From: Diplonema japonicum
Lineage: Eukaryota > Protista > Euglenozoa: Diplonemea
Assembly (NCBI GenBank): GCA_964019335.1
Contig: OZ025686.1
Location: forward strand, 124,001 to 188,000
DNA: 64,000 bases
Direction: 5' to 3'
The position numbers and the translations under genes were made by a program. The notes below the pieces were generated by a model, which had not been told where the DNA came from, did no database searches, and was given only the letters and a program-made list of their open reading frames with translations. Position 1 is the stretch's first letter, and every line of letters starts with the position of its first letter. Below are positions 1-12,009 of the stretch, one piece after another.

Positions 1-611
1 CATAGGGATACCACTTCGCTGCGGCACTCCCCTGTGTAGGGTCTGTACAGCTTTGTGATGTGGTCCGATATGTCTTGAAGACACACGACCCACCCAGTGG
101 GAGATTTTGAGTCGTGCGTGCCGCCGAATCTGTAGCGGGAAGTGCATGCTGCGGTGTTGATGGCGTCCTTCGTGGTGAGCTCTTCTGGATAGTCCCCTGG
201 GCGGGCATCTTCTGCCCATTCGTGTAGCCTTTTGAGGTAAGCTGAGACGGCAGCTTTGGAGGGTGCTTTGTATTCCGTCTTCACATCTGCGGAGTAGTTC
301 GCGATACGTATCGGTGCACTGTCTCCCTTGTGATGCGAGAAAAGACGTTTGTCCTTTACAAAGCTGATCGCTTCGTCTTTGTACTCATCTCTCCACGTTG
401 TCACCTGTGGTTCGGTGGATTTCGGTGATTCTATCTTGGATTTCTTCGCCGTCTTAACTTTCCTCGTCCTCGTGCTTTTTATGAGGTCGTGTACTGTTTC
501 GTGCTCTTCGCCACGCTCTCTTATCGCTTTCCCATACCACATGGTCAGTGCAAGGCACATTGACATGCAGACCACAAAACCTGCCTCCATAGACTTTAAC
601 TTCACACCCAT
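1..611 (-). CDS. Partial gene (runs off left edge): N-terminally anchored protein, possibly METTL24/Methyltransf_22-like
   Basis: Frame open from ATG 611 to the window edge: MGVKLKSMEAGFVVCMSMCLALTMWYG (hydrophobic anchor)...CTSRYRFGGTHDSKSPTGWVVCLQD, resembling the R-x-GG...GW-x-VC motif of Methyltransf_22 proteins. Absent from the ORF track because there is no stop in the window. Confidence 0.55.
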   Translation of the reverse strand, partial: MGVKLKSMEAGFVVCMSMCLALTMWYGKAIRERGEEHETVHDLIKSTRTRKVKTAKKSKIESPKSTEPQVTTWRDEYKDEAISFVKDKRLFSHHKGDSAPIRIANYSADVKTEYKAPSKAAVSAYLKRLHEWAEDARPGDYPEELTTKDAINTAACTSRYRFGGTHDSKSPTGWVVCLQDISDHITKLYRPYTGECRSEVVSL

Positions 612-978
612 TTTCCCCCCTCCCCCTTTTTTTGCGATGAACAGTAGTGAGGTGGAAGGGGGAGGGAGGACAAACAATCAAATAATAATACAACAATGGC
701 GACATTGACATTCAAAAAATGCATATGGGGGGTTTGCATTTCTTTTTTGGGGGGGGGCTCTGTTTCAAAAAGGAAGACGTAGGTCGACGCCTGTGGAAGA
801 AGAGGGCCTGTTCCCGTTTCAAGAAGAGCAAAAAAAAAAAAAAAAACTATTCTTTTAAGGTATGCGTTTTTGCGCTCACCGGCCGAGCTGCGCTTTAAAA
901 AAAAAAAAACCAAGGGTAAAAAAAAAAAGAAAAGAACAACGGGGGGGAGGGGTTTAAAAGGTAAACAATTAAATAAAT

Positions 979-2457
979 CTAGACTGGTTCTTCTTGATAC
1001 ATCCCCCCCATAGGAGCCATTCCTTGGCTGAGCATAGCTGTTTTTTTGTAGTAGTGTGGCAGTGTGCGGTGCATACCCATGGCCATCTCCGGGGGGATGC
1101 CCTGTGCTATAAGCTGATTCAGAACGTCTTCAGCCTCCCAGTTGGGCTCTGGTTCAGAGTCGGGTACAGAGGTGGCGCTGATCTCCTCATGGTCGTTGAC
1201 TGGAGGCTCCTCACCTGTGTTCGGGTCCCCCAGTTCGGCTTCTCTGTCGATGAAGGTTGCCAGGATGCGCCCTCTCTCTTCAGACTCGTCTTCGCTCAGC
1301 GCCTCCACACCGCTCCTTGCATTGTACCCTTCAGGGAGTTTCCCTTCATGGAATTTTTCCACCGGCACCTGCTCTTCTTCCCTCTCTGGGGGGTACGATG
1401 TGTCCTTTGCTTTGCTGTACTGTTGACGTTGTGGCGTCCCCGCCGCCCTCTCTTCTAACCTCTTTTCTCTCTCCTCAAAACGTACTTCCCTTGCCTCCAT
1501 CCTCTCCTCTCTCTTTTCAACTGTTTCCACACGCTTCGCCACGTCTTCTGCCTTCTCCTTCATTGCCTCTTCCTTTGAGGCCACAACTGCTTCGCGTGCG
1601 GCGAGCGCTTCACTCTTCGCGTGCAGGCGCTCCTCCATCTCAATCAACATTCTGTGTTTTCGATCTAACTCGGCGGAGCGTTCATCCTGCGCCGCCTTCG
1701 CCTCCTTCAGAGCTTGGATGTCAGACCCCTTGACACCCGACACTGTGCCTTGTGTTGCGATGTCAGCCAGCGACGTCTTGAGCGCTTCAAGGGTCTGCTT
1801 CTGCTCTTTCAGCAGGGGGGCCACGTCGTGGCTGGGGGCGGGTTTTTTGAATTCGGACATGAAGGTGCGGAGGTCGGTAACGAGCTGGAGGTATTCAGAG
1901 GGGAGAGGCGGTGTGGGGTTTGGTTGATGGGTGGTGCGTGGTGTTGCAGATGCAGACACGGAAGAGAGGGCAGCAGGGGGTGCGGATGAGGGCGGAGGCG
2001 TGGGTGAGGGGGGCAGGGGTGTTGTCTTTTCGGGAACGTACTGCTTTGTGGTGCCTGGCGTGGTGGGCCTGGTTTTAACGGGAGTGGTGGTTTCAAACTT
2101 GGCGACCCTGGCCTCCGCTGCGGCAACGGCGTCTCTCAACCGCTGCAGCTCTGTGTTTGTGGGGGCCTTGCCCTTGTCCTCCCACAAGGGCTGCTGCAGG
2201 CCGTACTTCATAGATGTTGCAGTTCTCTTAGGTGAGATGCTCCCAAGCCGCCCGCTAGTGGTTTGCCCAGGACTCGATGTCACAAGGCTACTCGGCTGCC
2301 ACCCTGCCAAATTCTTTAACTGCGACGGTCTTGGTGGGCTCTCCCTTCCTCGTGACGCCACCCACGACGGCGCAGCAGGCGTGGCCCTCCCGTATTCCCT
2401 CATGGGCTGCTGCTGTTGTTGTTGTTGTTGAAGCCATCTGTTCCCCGTGTAGCTCAT
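979..2457 (-). CDS. Hypothetical 492-aa protein with polyQ, Pro/Thr-rich linker and coiled coil
   Basis: Long ORF on the coding strand with ATG start and an E/K/R-rich heptad region; no recognisable domain. Confidence 0.75.
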   Translation of the reverse strand: MSYTGNRWLQQQQQQQQPMREYGRATPAAPSWVASRGRESPPRPSQLKNLAGWQPSSLVTSSPGQTTSGRLGSISPKRTATSMKYGLQQPLWEDKGKAPTNTELQRLRDAVAAAEARVAKFETTTPVKTRPTTPGTTKQYVPEKTTPLPPSPTPPPSSAPPAALSSVSASATPRTTHQPNPTPPLPSEYLQLVTDLRTFMSEFKKPAPSHDVAPLLKEQKQTLEALKTSLADIATQGTVSGVKGSDIQALKEAKAAQDERSAELDRKHRMLIEMEERLHAKSEALAAREAVVASKEEAMKEKAEDVAKRVETVEKREERMEAREVRFEEREKRLEERAAGTPQRQQYSKAKDTSYPPEREEEQVPVEKFHEGKLPEGYNARSGVEALSEDESEERGRILATFIDREAELGDPNTGEEPPVNDHEEISATSVPDSEPEPNWEAEDVLNQLIAQGIPPEMAMGMHRTLPHYYKKTAMLSQGMAPMGGMYQEEPV

Positions 2458-2713
2458 GGTGTCCCTGTTCCTTTATAATACATAGACACTGCTGTAAGCA
2501 TTTTTAAAAGATAGGAACGAATAAAAAGGTGAATATTATCTTTTTTTTTTTTTGTTCAGGATAGAAAAACAGAAGGCGTGGGTGGTTTACTTATCTTTAA
2601 AGGGGGCAATGCTTCTGAGTGACTTGTGTTTCTGATGAGGTTGTTGAATACATGCGGGTAGGTGGAAGGTGCCATCACCCTGTGGCACCCTAGAAAGGAG
2701 AGAAGACAAACCA

Positions 2714-2752
<39 letters not shown>

Positions 2753-3451
2753 AAATAAATCCATTAAAAAAAAAATAACAAGAGGTTGGGAAGAGCTTCC
2801 TTATTTCTTCACAGAATAAAATCTACCTGATCGGGCTATCACGCCCTCCTTTTTCTCTTTTTTTTTTCGTTCTTCTTTGGTCTGTGGGTGGTAGAGGGTG
2901 AGGGGCAATTTAGTAGTTCTAAGAAAACACAGCACGTAGGGTTTTTTCTTTTTTTTTTTTCTTTCCCTTCTCAGTACAACATTCATTGACTTCCCTCACC
3001 GTTTTCTTTTTTCTTTTCCACCACCCTGCCTCTGAATTTCACTATTAAGGGGGAAACTTATTTGGAAAAAATTAAAAAAAAAAAAAAACAGGTAGGGGCA
3101 CTGAACAGAAAAAAAAAGGAAAAGAAAAAAACAAGAAAGGAGGTAAAACAGAAGCCAAAAAAAAGGGGGGGGGGATGCAAACAGTATAAAACCGGATAAA
3201 AGAGAGATTTTATAAAAATCTCTCCCTAGCCTACACCCCCCCCCCCCCCCCCCCAACCCTTTTGCATAGATTGCCAGCGCTTCCACTAAGAAAAAAGGAA
3301 GGGGGGAAATGAAAAAGCGGGGAAACATGTTTAAAAAAAAACTTTTTTCTTATTTTGTGTTCAATGGTTGGGGCGAAGGGGGGGGGGGGGGGGGTGAATA
3401 AATCCATACAAACTGATCGGAAAAAAAATAAAGGGGGTCGAGGAAGAAAAT

Positions 3452-4257
3452 CTAGAAACTGAAATTGAAATGACGGTGGCCTCCTCCACCCATCCCACCG
3501 CCCATCCCACCCTGGGTGAAGAAGGACATAGGAACACCCCCCATCCCATCCATTCCGCCCATACCACCAAAGGGGTCTTCTTGGGCTTGGTGGTCGGACT
3601 CCCCATCAAGAACACCCATATCATACTTTCTTCTCTTGTTGGGGTCCGAGAGGATGGCGAAGGCTTCTCCTATTTCCTTGAATTTTGCTTCGGCGGTTTC
3701 CTTTTCTTCTTCAGAGGAAGAGTTCCATTTGTCGGGGTGCCACTCCTTGGCGCTGAGATGGTATGCCTTTTTGATCTCGCGGTCGGAAGCGTCCCGCGAC
3801 ACTCCGAGAATTTTGTAGAAGTTCTATTTTTGAAAAAAAAAAAAAGATTGTGTGGCAATTTCTTTTTTCCCCCCCCACAGTACCTTTCTCTTTGCCATCT
3901 TTACTCTTCTGTTCAAGCTTCGCAGTTCGTCTTCGTTGCTCTGGTCCAGTTCAACAGCGGATTTAACGTCGCTCACAGCGTCGTCCCACTTTTCGAGTTC
4001 CTCCCTGATCCTCGACCTTCTCAGGAATGCCTTGGTGAAGTACTCATCGGCCTCGATCGCCCTGGTGCAGTCCTGCTCCGCCTCCTCGTACTTCTTCAGC
4101 TCTTTCCTCGCCGCCGCTCTGTTGTTGTAGATGACACTGTTGAGCTTCTTATTCGCAGGATCGACCAGCAGCACCTCGGAGTACTTCTCCTCCGCCTCCT
4201 CGTATTTCCTCGTTTTGAACAACTCGTTTGCCTCGGCTTTCAATTTCTAAAAAGTAG

Positions 4258-4304
<47 letters not shown>

Positions 4305-6597
4305 GGTCACCTCTCCGCTATTTGTCACAAAGTACTGCCCGCAAATTTCATATTTCTTTAAGTGTAAAAATCAAAAGCCATGCCTGGATTTGCTCCAGAA
4401 GTGGGAAAAAATTGAATAAGAAAATCGTGGCTAGGTGCTGTCATTTTTTTTTTTACTTTCTTTAAACCCAGCGAAAATTAAGCAGGATTTACACTACTTT
4501 TCCCTTTAATTCCATGTCAAAGTTGTGCAAACTGTGTTCATACGCCACGAGAACCGGTACCTTGTTATCCAGCTTCCTTCAGGCCATGCAGTCGAAGCTG
4601 TTGGGGTCACACACTGTGAAGTCGTGAAGCCCTTCAAGGTAGTGACTTCAGAGCAGTCGGTGCAGCCGATACGACGCATAGCGGCGTTGTGGGCTTCTAA
4701 GAAGTATCGGGTTTGGGTGTGGGTCTTGCATCAGCACCTCGGTGTCTGTGGGAACTGGCAAGGTCCCTGGGACCTGGGGGACCTGGGTACCAAAAAATTT
4801 TCTGGAGACCCACACACACTTGGCACCCCAAAAAACAGACTTTATTTTTTTTTTTCTGGGGCCACCTGGCTGGTGTCCCCCCCAGTAGGCCCTACCAAGG
4901 CTGATTTTGCCATTTTTTGGAATTTTTCCATTGGGAAATTTGGCCTGATTTGTCTCGGGGAAGGTGGAGTAGCCAACTACATCAGCACCCAGGCCCAGGT
5001 ACTGTACGTGGAACTCATGAAAAGTGCCTTGGACGTAACGCAGCCCAATGCGTTGATCACTCACGGGAGAAACACGAATTGTTCTGCGACTTTGATGCAG
5101 AATCGATTTATTTTGCCACTAAGTCACAATAGTGCAGGCTATGCCTGCCGACAATGCATCAGAACGCGTTTTCCCAGCAGGGGACTCTCGTGTTCTAACA
5201 CAAACGCGTGTCGCTGTTGTCCAAGGAAAAGAACTTGATGATGTCCTTCGGGTCGACATCCTTGTCCAAGAAGGGCTGTTCTGAACCACCGTTTCTCCCA
5301 CCGAATTCATCCGGCTCTTTGCAGTAGATGCCGAAAAGCCGCTGCAAGAGTCCCAACAGCACCCCACAAGTACCTCATGGTGTTTGCTGGGCCAAAAGAG
5401 CACTCTGAAGCACTTCTGATTTTATTGCTTGAATCAGGAGGGCCAAAAAACGCACACAAATTGGCTCACTAGTGCCCACCGAAGATCGTACAGAGACAAA
5501 AGCACCTTCCAGTGGGACCTCTTTGGCTGCAGATTGTCAATAAAATTTTGAATAAGAGATCTATGGTTAAATGCTGCGCGTTTCTGGGTGAATAAATCGG
5601 GATTTGCTGCATTTTCCCCGTTTTCGTGACAGCCGAATTTCGATTCATTTTTATGTTTCATCCCTCCACATTGTATTTTTTCTCAAAAGCAAGCCCTTTA
5701 ACGGAGTTTTCGGGACTATTTACACGTTTCTTTCATACTTCCTGTGGTTGCATGCTGCCCCTTTTTTGTGAAAATTTAAAAAAGCGTTTTTTCGCATTTT
5801 TCGAAAAAAGCATTGACAAATAGCGGAGAGGTGACCATATATATCGCGCAATTACATACCTCGAACTTCCTTGCGGCTTTGAACAGTTTCGCTGCCTCCA
5901 CGAGGTCGGGGTCGGAAGAGAGGGCTTGTTTCAAGTGCAGTATGGCCATGTCCATGGACGATTGGCCGCTGTAGAGAAGAGCTTTGCCTCGGATGGTGAG
6001 GGCTTCCGAATCCTGTTTTAGGTTGATGGTCAAATGTGTGGTTGTAACTCATACGTTGGGTGCATCTGCAAGGATAGCCCTTGTGTCCCTGGCTGCGATG
6101 GCAGGGTCGATGTGAACATTGCACCGTGCCTTGAGAAGGGTGATCTTTCTGGATCCTGTGCAGTGTTCGAGGATGCGGTTCAGCTGGTTTCTAGCCTGCC
6201 GCCATTCAAAGTTCTTCATGGCGCCCTCTGCGTTCTCCAGGTATTTCCTGTCCTGGTTAATCTCCTTCAAGTCGTGCAGGGCATCCTTGCAGGTCTTTTC
6301 GCGTTCAAGGGCATTGTTGTAGCAGTTCTCCGCAGAGTCAAAGTCGCACATTTTCCAGTATGCCATGCCCATCCTGAGGTACGCCTTCACCAGGTCAGGC
6401 TTCAGCTCCAAAGCCTTCTCACAGTCCGTAATGGCGTCCGTGTGCTTTCCTAGCTTGTTGTACGCCATTGCTCTATTCGTGAACAACGCAGACGTCCCTT
6501 CCTCATCCTCTTCAATTGCCTCGGACCACAGTTTCGCTGCTTCCCTGAAGTGCCCCTTCTGGTACTCCTCGTTCCCTTGAGCCTTCAGTTCTTCCAT
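3452..6597 (-). CDS. DNAJC7: TPR-repeat J-domain co-chaperone (DNAJC7/Tpr2-like), 476 aa; exons 6597-6055, 6012-5860, 4246-3884, 3823-3452
   Basis: TPR motifs ([36 protein letters not shown]), C-terminal J domain NFYKILGV...WHPDK and a G/F tail. GT-AG introns 6013-6054, 4247-5859 and 3824-3883 join the exons in frame. Confidence 0.93.
4305..5836. mobile_element. Non-autonomous TIR DNA transposon (1532 bp) inside DNAJC7 intron 2
   Basis: Perfect 23-bp inverted termini GGTCACCTCTCCGCTATTTGTCA (4305-4327) and TGACAAATAGCGGAGAGGTGACC (5814-5836), both flanked by (AT)n. No intact transposase ORF. Removing it leaves an intron of about 80 nt. Confidence 0.88.
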
Positions 6598-6603
6598 GAT
6601 GTC

Positions 6604-6660
6604 CTGTAGTTGGATACGAAGGTTTGTCAGGGAAAGAAGAAAAAGAAAGAAAAAACAAAG
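6604..6660 (-). promoter_or_regulatory. Putative SL trans-splice acceptor for DNAJC7 (polypyrimidine tract + CAG)
   Basis: Minus strand TTTGTTTTTTCTTTCTTTTTCTTCTTTCCC...CTACAG, 6 nt before the ATG, inside a 146-nt intergenic gap. A 5'-UTR cis intron is not excluded. Confidence 0.55.
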
Positions 6661-6743
6661 GAGAGGGGTGTGAAGCATTCGAAGTCGATCAAAGAAAAAA
6701 AAATAGAAAAAAAGATTTAAAAAACCCCCCCTTTTTTTCTTTT

Positions 6744-9700
6744 TTACTCCTGCTTGTCTGATGGCTTCTTTGATCCCCACCCGCCCCACTCTTTCTTCTT
6801 CTTCTTCTTCTTCTTAGGCTCTTCGATGTCTTCATTTCCTGCACCGAAGTTCACAAAACCTTGCTGTTCGGCTTCTGCCTTCAGTGCTTCCTTGTCGGCT
6901 GCAGGGACTGCCGGTGGCGTTTGGTGTTCTGATGTCGATACATCGGGTGTTGTTGTGGTCTCTTTCTTTGCTCCCCACCCGCCCCATTCCTTTTTCTTCT
7001 TGGGTTTCGCGCTTTCATCGATTTTTTCTTCGTCGGCTTCGGCCGCCTTACTGAAGTTGACGAAACCTTGTTGTTCGGCCTCGTACTTCAAAGCCTCCTT
7101 CGCTTGCTGTTGGACAGCATCCCCCTCCTCGGGGGCTGCTTTAGGGGTTTCATCTGGCTTTGAAATTTCGTCCTCGTCACGCTTCAGTGCCTTCTTTGCG
7201 CCCCACCCACCCCACTCCTTTTTCTTCTTAGGCTTCACGCTTTCTGCCCCGACTTCCTCTTCATTTGCGTTGTTGAAGTTAACGAAGCCCTGCTCTTCTG
7301 CCTGCTGCTTCAGTGTCTCTGCGGTGTCAGCTACCGGTGTCTTCACTGGTGAAGGTTCTTCGCTTTCAGTAGGCACTTCCGGTTCCGTCTCAGCGTCTGC
7401 CGGTAGTGCTTCAGGCTGTGCAGATGGCTTGGCAGCCATGTCTTCAGGAGCAGAAGTGTCTTCGCACATTTTGCCCCATGTCGGCCACACGGTCAGAGGT
7501 CTCTCATCAACAGGCTGCGCTACTTCTACAGGCAGAGCCTCGGCGCTAGAATGAGGAGCTGTGCTGCTGGGCAACTGCGCTGTTTCCTGCGTAAGTGATG
7601 CCCTGTCGCCTGGTGAGGTTGTCCCCCAAGTAGGCCACACGGTCAGAGGTGCCTCTGCGCGAACTGCCTGAGGCGATTCAGTACTGCTGGGCATCTGTGT
7701 CGCTTCCGTAAGTGATGCCCTGTCGCCTGGTGATGTTGTCCCCCACGTAGGCCACACGGTCAGAGGTGTTTCATCAACAGGCTGCGCTACTTGTACAGGT
7801 TCCTCCGTTGGCGACTCTTCCGTATGCCGCAGGGTATCATCCACAGGCTCGCGTGCTACCGGTGCCTCCGGTACTTGTTCTGGCTCTGCCTTTATTACAT
7901 GCGCATCTTCGTTCGTAACTGCTTGCTCCTCGTCTTTCTTAACTTCTGGCTCTGCTTCAACAACAGGCTTGCTCTGTTCTTCATCTTTTTCCACCTCCGA
8001 CGGTGGTGTATACTTGGCGACCATTTCGGGTTCCGCAGGCTTTTGCTGTACTTGCTTCTCGCTCTGCTTGTCACCCAAGTTCACAACGTTCTGCTGAAGA
8101 TATTCGTTCGCGTTGTAGCTCGACTCTGTAAGTGCTGGAATGGACTGGCGCGCTTCAATCCCAAGAGTGTCTTCCGGTGCCTTCCACGAAAGCATCAGCT
8201 TTTCGTCTTCTTCTGTCCTCTTCTTCAGCCAGTCAGGGCCCAGGACGTCCTGTAAGGTTGTGTAATAAGGTACTGCAAAGGTAACATACCTCAACTGAGG
8301 CGGTCTCAAGCCCCACCTTCTTGGCTAGCGCAAGGTGCTCGCGGTCACGGCTGTGTGAATGTTGCGTTTAGGAGACAACACATACCCACAGAAAAAGACC
8401 TGGCTCTTCATTGACACCTGGAACTGCTGGATGAGCTTCGCATAAGCAACGCTCCTGCGGGACATGTTCCTCAGCGTTGGATTGCTCTGAAGGGACTCCG
8501 TCGAGAACAGTTCGACGTCTGCATTTAGTGCGTTTGATGGTCTGGAATCATACCATAGGGAATGGGGTACCCTCCCAGTTCCTCCTTCCTCTCCTTGTCC
8601 CACTCGGGCATGTCCTGCTTCTCCATCAAGTTGTGCAGGATTGGGTCAGCAAAGAGTTGCTCGCTGAAATACACGGTGTCCACAATGGGGAGGTCTCCAC
8701 GGCTGTGAACGGTTGGTGGCGTGCATGAGAGACATACGCAGTGGCATTAGCAGACTCATCGAAAAGCTCTTGTAAAATTGTCAGCACAACGAAAGCGGAT
8801 CTGTGGTTAAGTGGTCGTGGCCACAGGCGCATACTCTCTCAGTTTGATGTGTGCGTGACCTTTTCGCACGATGTTTCCCAAGCGCAGCAAGCAGTAGTAT
8901 GGGACGACAATTCTGAAGGTTTGGTTGTGTGCAACACGCACTTAACATACTTGTCCTTTGCTTCGAGCGTCTGGTCGATGACATCGCGCAGGCTGTTGCC
9001 GAGGGGGAGCATCCACTCGTCGGTCAGCACCCAGACGGACTTGCCGGGGGTGACAGTGAACCACTGTTTCATGTCTTCTAGGGAGGCGTGCACCTCACGA
9101 GGTGCGCGGAGATGCTGGAGAGGACCGGCCGCTACTTCAAAGGCACGCTCATTGAAGTCGGGGTACTCGCTGAAGAAAGAGTTGCTTATGTCACGATCTT
9201 GCATGGGCCGCTCCAAGCAGTGCCAGAACCATGCACTGTCCAGCACGTACTGGTCGGGGGACTCAGTGGCAGTGCTCTGCTCCACTGCAGTCCTGACGGC
9301 CTTGATCAGGTGGGGCACGGTGCTCGCCGAACCGAACGCCCTTACACACCCAGCAAGGAGCGCTCCGTTTGGCTCAAGACCGGACTTTTCCACGGCGTCC
9401 ATCACAGTGATCGCGTTGTTGGTGCCCTGCCCAGGGCCAAGCGATTCCACAAGGGCTGCGTAAGTCCCAATGTCTGGTGTCAGCTTCCTGTTGGTGTATT
9501 ATGCATAGGCTGGTGCATACTCAGCTCGCATCTCTTTGAAGAGAGCGAAAGTGCCTGCAATGTCCACGCACCGCGCGAAGGCGGAGATAGCTAAGTTGTA
9601 CAAGACAACGTGCTTGACACCATCGTTGGCCGCGTCGCGGAGCACGACCATCGCCATGTCGGGGTTGCGGGTGACCTTTGCGAACTGCAGGGCGTGAAAG

Positions 9701-10950
9701 TAGGTGATGGCGTTCGGCTTGTAATGGGAAGGGTAGGATTTCATTATCTCGTACAGCTTCCACAACCTGTTGGAGAGATGCTTGATCTTGAAGAGCCCCA
9801 GCCTCCTGAAAACGGTGAAGTCGTGATCCTTGTCGGAGAGGCTTTTCTCGACACCATCAACGGGATCATGGATGATCTTACGAAGACTGTCGTAGACCTT
9901 GATCATGACCTTCATCCAGGCGTTGGCGGAGGAGGTGTAGGTGATGTCGTAGGATCGCAGGAAGCACATCCTTGCCCTGTTGTAGCCGTTGATGCTTCCG
10001 TTGGCGTTGCTGGCGATCAACGCAGAGGTGTGGATGTCAGTGGGAGGGTACTTCATCGTGATTTCCTCGAATATCTCATTTGCGCCCTTCCAGTTCCTCC
10101 CTCTGCTGTATGCAGCAAGGAGAGTCGTCATCACTTTCTCGTCCTGGTACGAGGCAGGTTCGCCGACACGTGTTTTTCTGTACAGCTCGTAGTAGTACTT
10201 TGCGTCTCTCCAGTTTCCTACTTTGGAATTTGCGAATATGAATGATCTGTAATCTTCGCCTCGAACACCTTTTTCTTCAATCCACCTGAATATCTGCCCC
10301 GCCTTGTCCAAGTCCTTTGAATGCCCAAGGGAGTACATTACAGAGGGCAGCGAGTACCTTGTCAAAACACCTTTTTCCTCCGCGGTCCTGTACAGTTCAA
10401 GACATTCTTCGGTGAGACCCATTGCCGACGCAGTGTGCATTAAGGCTGCGAGGGTCTTGGGGCCCCACTGGTCGGGCATGCTGTTTATAACCCGAAGCAT
10501 GGCTTTCCACTCCTCTACGCGGGAAAGATTGTCGAACACACGGAAGGTGTTTTTTCGCATTTCCGGAAGCCAACCGCACATTAAAAGGTAGTAGAAGGCA
10601 TCATCATCTAAGAGGTGAAGGCACGAAATATCCTTCAGTGATGTTATGATGGTGGCGACCTTCTCGGGCAGACCTTCTTTTATAAACAAATCTGGCATGT
10701 TGATTGCTCCTACGATTTTACAGTGTTTTAGGTATTCTCCAAATGTGTGGGGGACCATGTCGGGTCTCAGTTCCTCTTCGTCGTCGTCTTGGGGGTCTCT
10801 CGATTTTGTCTCTAGGCTGCTCCATACTGTTCTCTTCCTGGCCGGGTGCAGCTTCGATTCTGCATCGTTTGTGCAGTAACCTCTCCCCGCCTTTTTGATG
10901 GGGATGTTTCGCTGCCGCCACCCGGTCAATAATGTGCTTCGCACGCTCAT
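6744..10950 (-). CDS. PPR protein with PIN-like domain and repetitive acidic tail, ~1318 aa, 8 exons
   Basis: PPR motifs (YKPNAITYFHAL, VLYNLAISAFARC, KLTPDIGTYAALVESLG). Seven GTATG..CAG introns (9488-9520, 8913-8950, 8801-8834, 8703-8737, 8519-8553, 8351-8385, 8250-8289) join the ORF-track fragments into one 3957-nt frame. The N-terminus is Arg-rich and acid-free. Confidence 0.85.
6760..7800 (-). repeat. Coding repeats in the PPR-protein tail: 3x PLTVWPTWG and 3x EQQGFVNF...KKKKEWGGWG
   Basis: Visible in translation; the DNA word ggccacacggtcagaggt recurs at about 7483, 7633 and 7751. Confidence 0.85.
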
Positions 10951-12009
10951 CTTCGCATTTCTCTGCTTTCTTCCCCCTTTCCTTCTTCTTTTTTCTTTTT
11001 CATTTGGGTTAAAAGCATACTATGATAGGGACCATAAGGGAAAAAAGTAGGACAGGTGGGGGGAGGGGAAGGGGAAGTTGAAGGGGAACCAGGGGAAGAA
11101 AGAAAAAAAAAAAAAAAACTGGAGGGGGTAAAGGAGATCGCCAAATTAAAAAAAAGGAAACGAGAATAAAACAATATGGTAAAAAAAAAAAAATGAGGAA
11201 TAAATTTAAACAACAAAAAAAAACAAGAAAAAAAAAGGTTCCCTTTGGTGAAAAAGATGGATACGGAAAGGGGCAAAGATCTTCTGAAAGAGTAGCCTCC
11301 TTGAAGAAACACGCCCTTCGAGGGGCGGAAAGAGGGTTGATGCGTTCTTTGAACAGGGGGTTTTTCTATCCCCTTTTGTTTTCCCTCCTTTTTTTTTTCC
11401 CTTCAAATTTCTCAAAAACGCGCCAGTTCAAAAACGGTTTTCGCTGTCCTTTTTTTTTCCCACCTTCTTTATTTTTTTATATTTGTCCCCCCCCCCCCCC
11501 CCTCCCCCCCCTCACTTTTTCCCTTTTTTCGCAAAAGGTTTGTATAGAATAAGAGAAGAAAAAAAAGGTCCTCATATGGTGCTCATGTTCATGTCTGTGA
11601 GGTTGGGGGGAGCTGTCTCTGCGTCGTCCTGCGAACTGTTTTCTTTCTGGAAATATTGAGAAAAAAGAAGAAAAGAAGAAGAAAAAAAAGCCTATCTCCC
11701 CCTTGGGACTCCTGTAAACAACGTAAAGAGACAGCCAACTACTATAACAGCAGATAGGGAAAAAAGAAAAACAAAAAAAAAAGAGAGACATCACTCTTTT
11801 TCTTTTCTTTTTTTTTTTCCCACCTTCTTCCTCTCCTTTTTTCAGTCCAAATGAAAACTTCAAACCTTTTTTTTTTTTTTATAAAATAGTGTTATCCTTT
11901 TGTTGTTAAGACTCATCTCTTAAAAAAAAGGGGGGGGAGGGGGGGGGGGGGGGGGGGGATCGTTTCATTTCTTGTTTTCATTTATTTTTTTCTCCCCCCC
12001 CTCCCCTGC

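Noticed and set aside
2622-2700. CTGATGA...GAAA with a GGTGCCA/TGGCACC hairpin as a hammerhead ribozyme
   Set aside because: Stem II does not close directly between CUGAUGA and GAAA, and stems I/III are not found.
4525-5403. ORFs inside the TIR element as a transposase
   Set aside because: Short, stop-interrupted, with no recognisable DDE or DNA-binding motif.
10947-11863. F/K/P-rich ORFs in intergenic DNA (also 2801-3328, 33519-33797, 45548-46940, 60416-60796)
   Set aside because: Translations of A/T/G/C homopolymer tracts.
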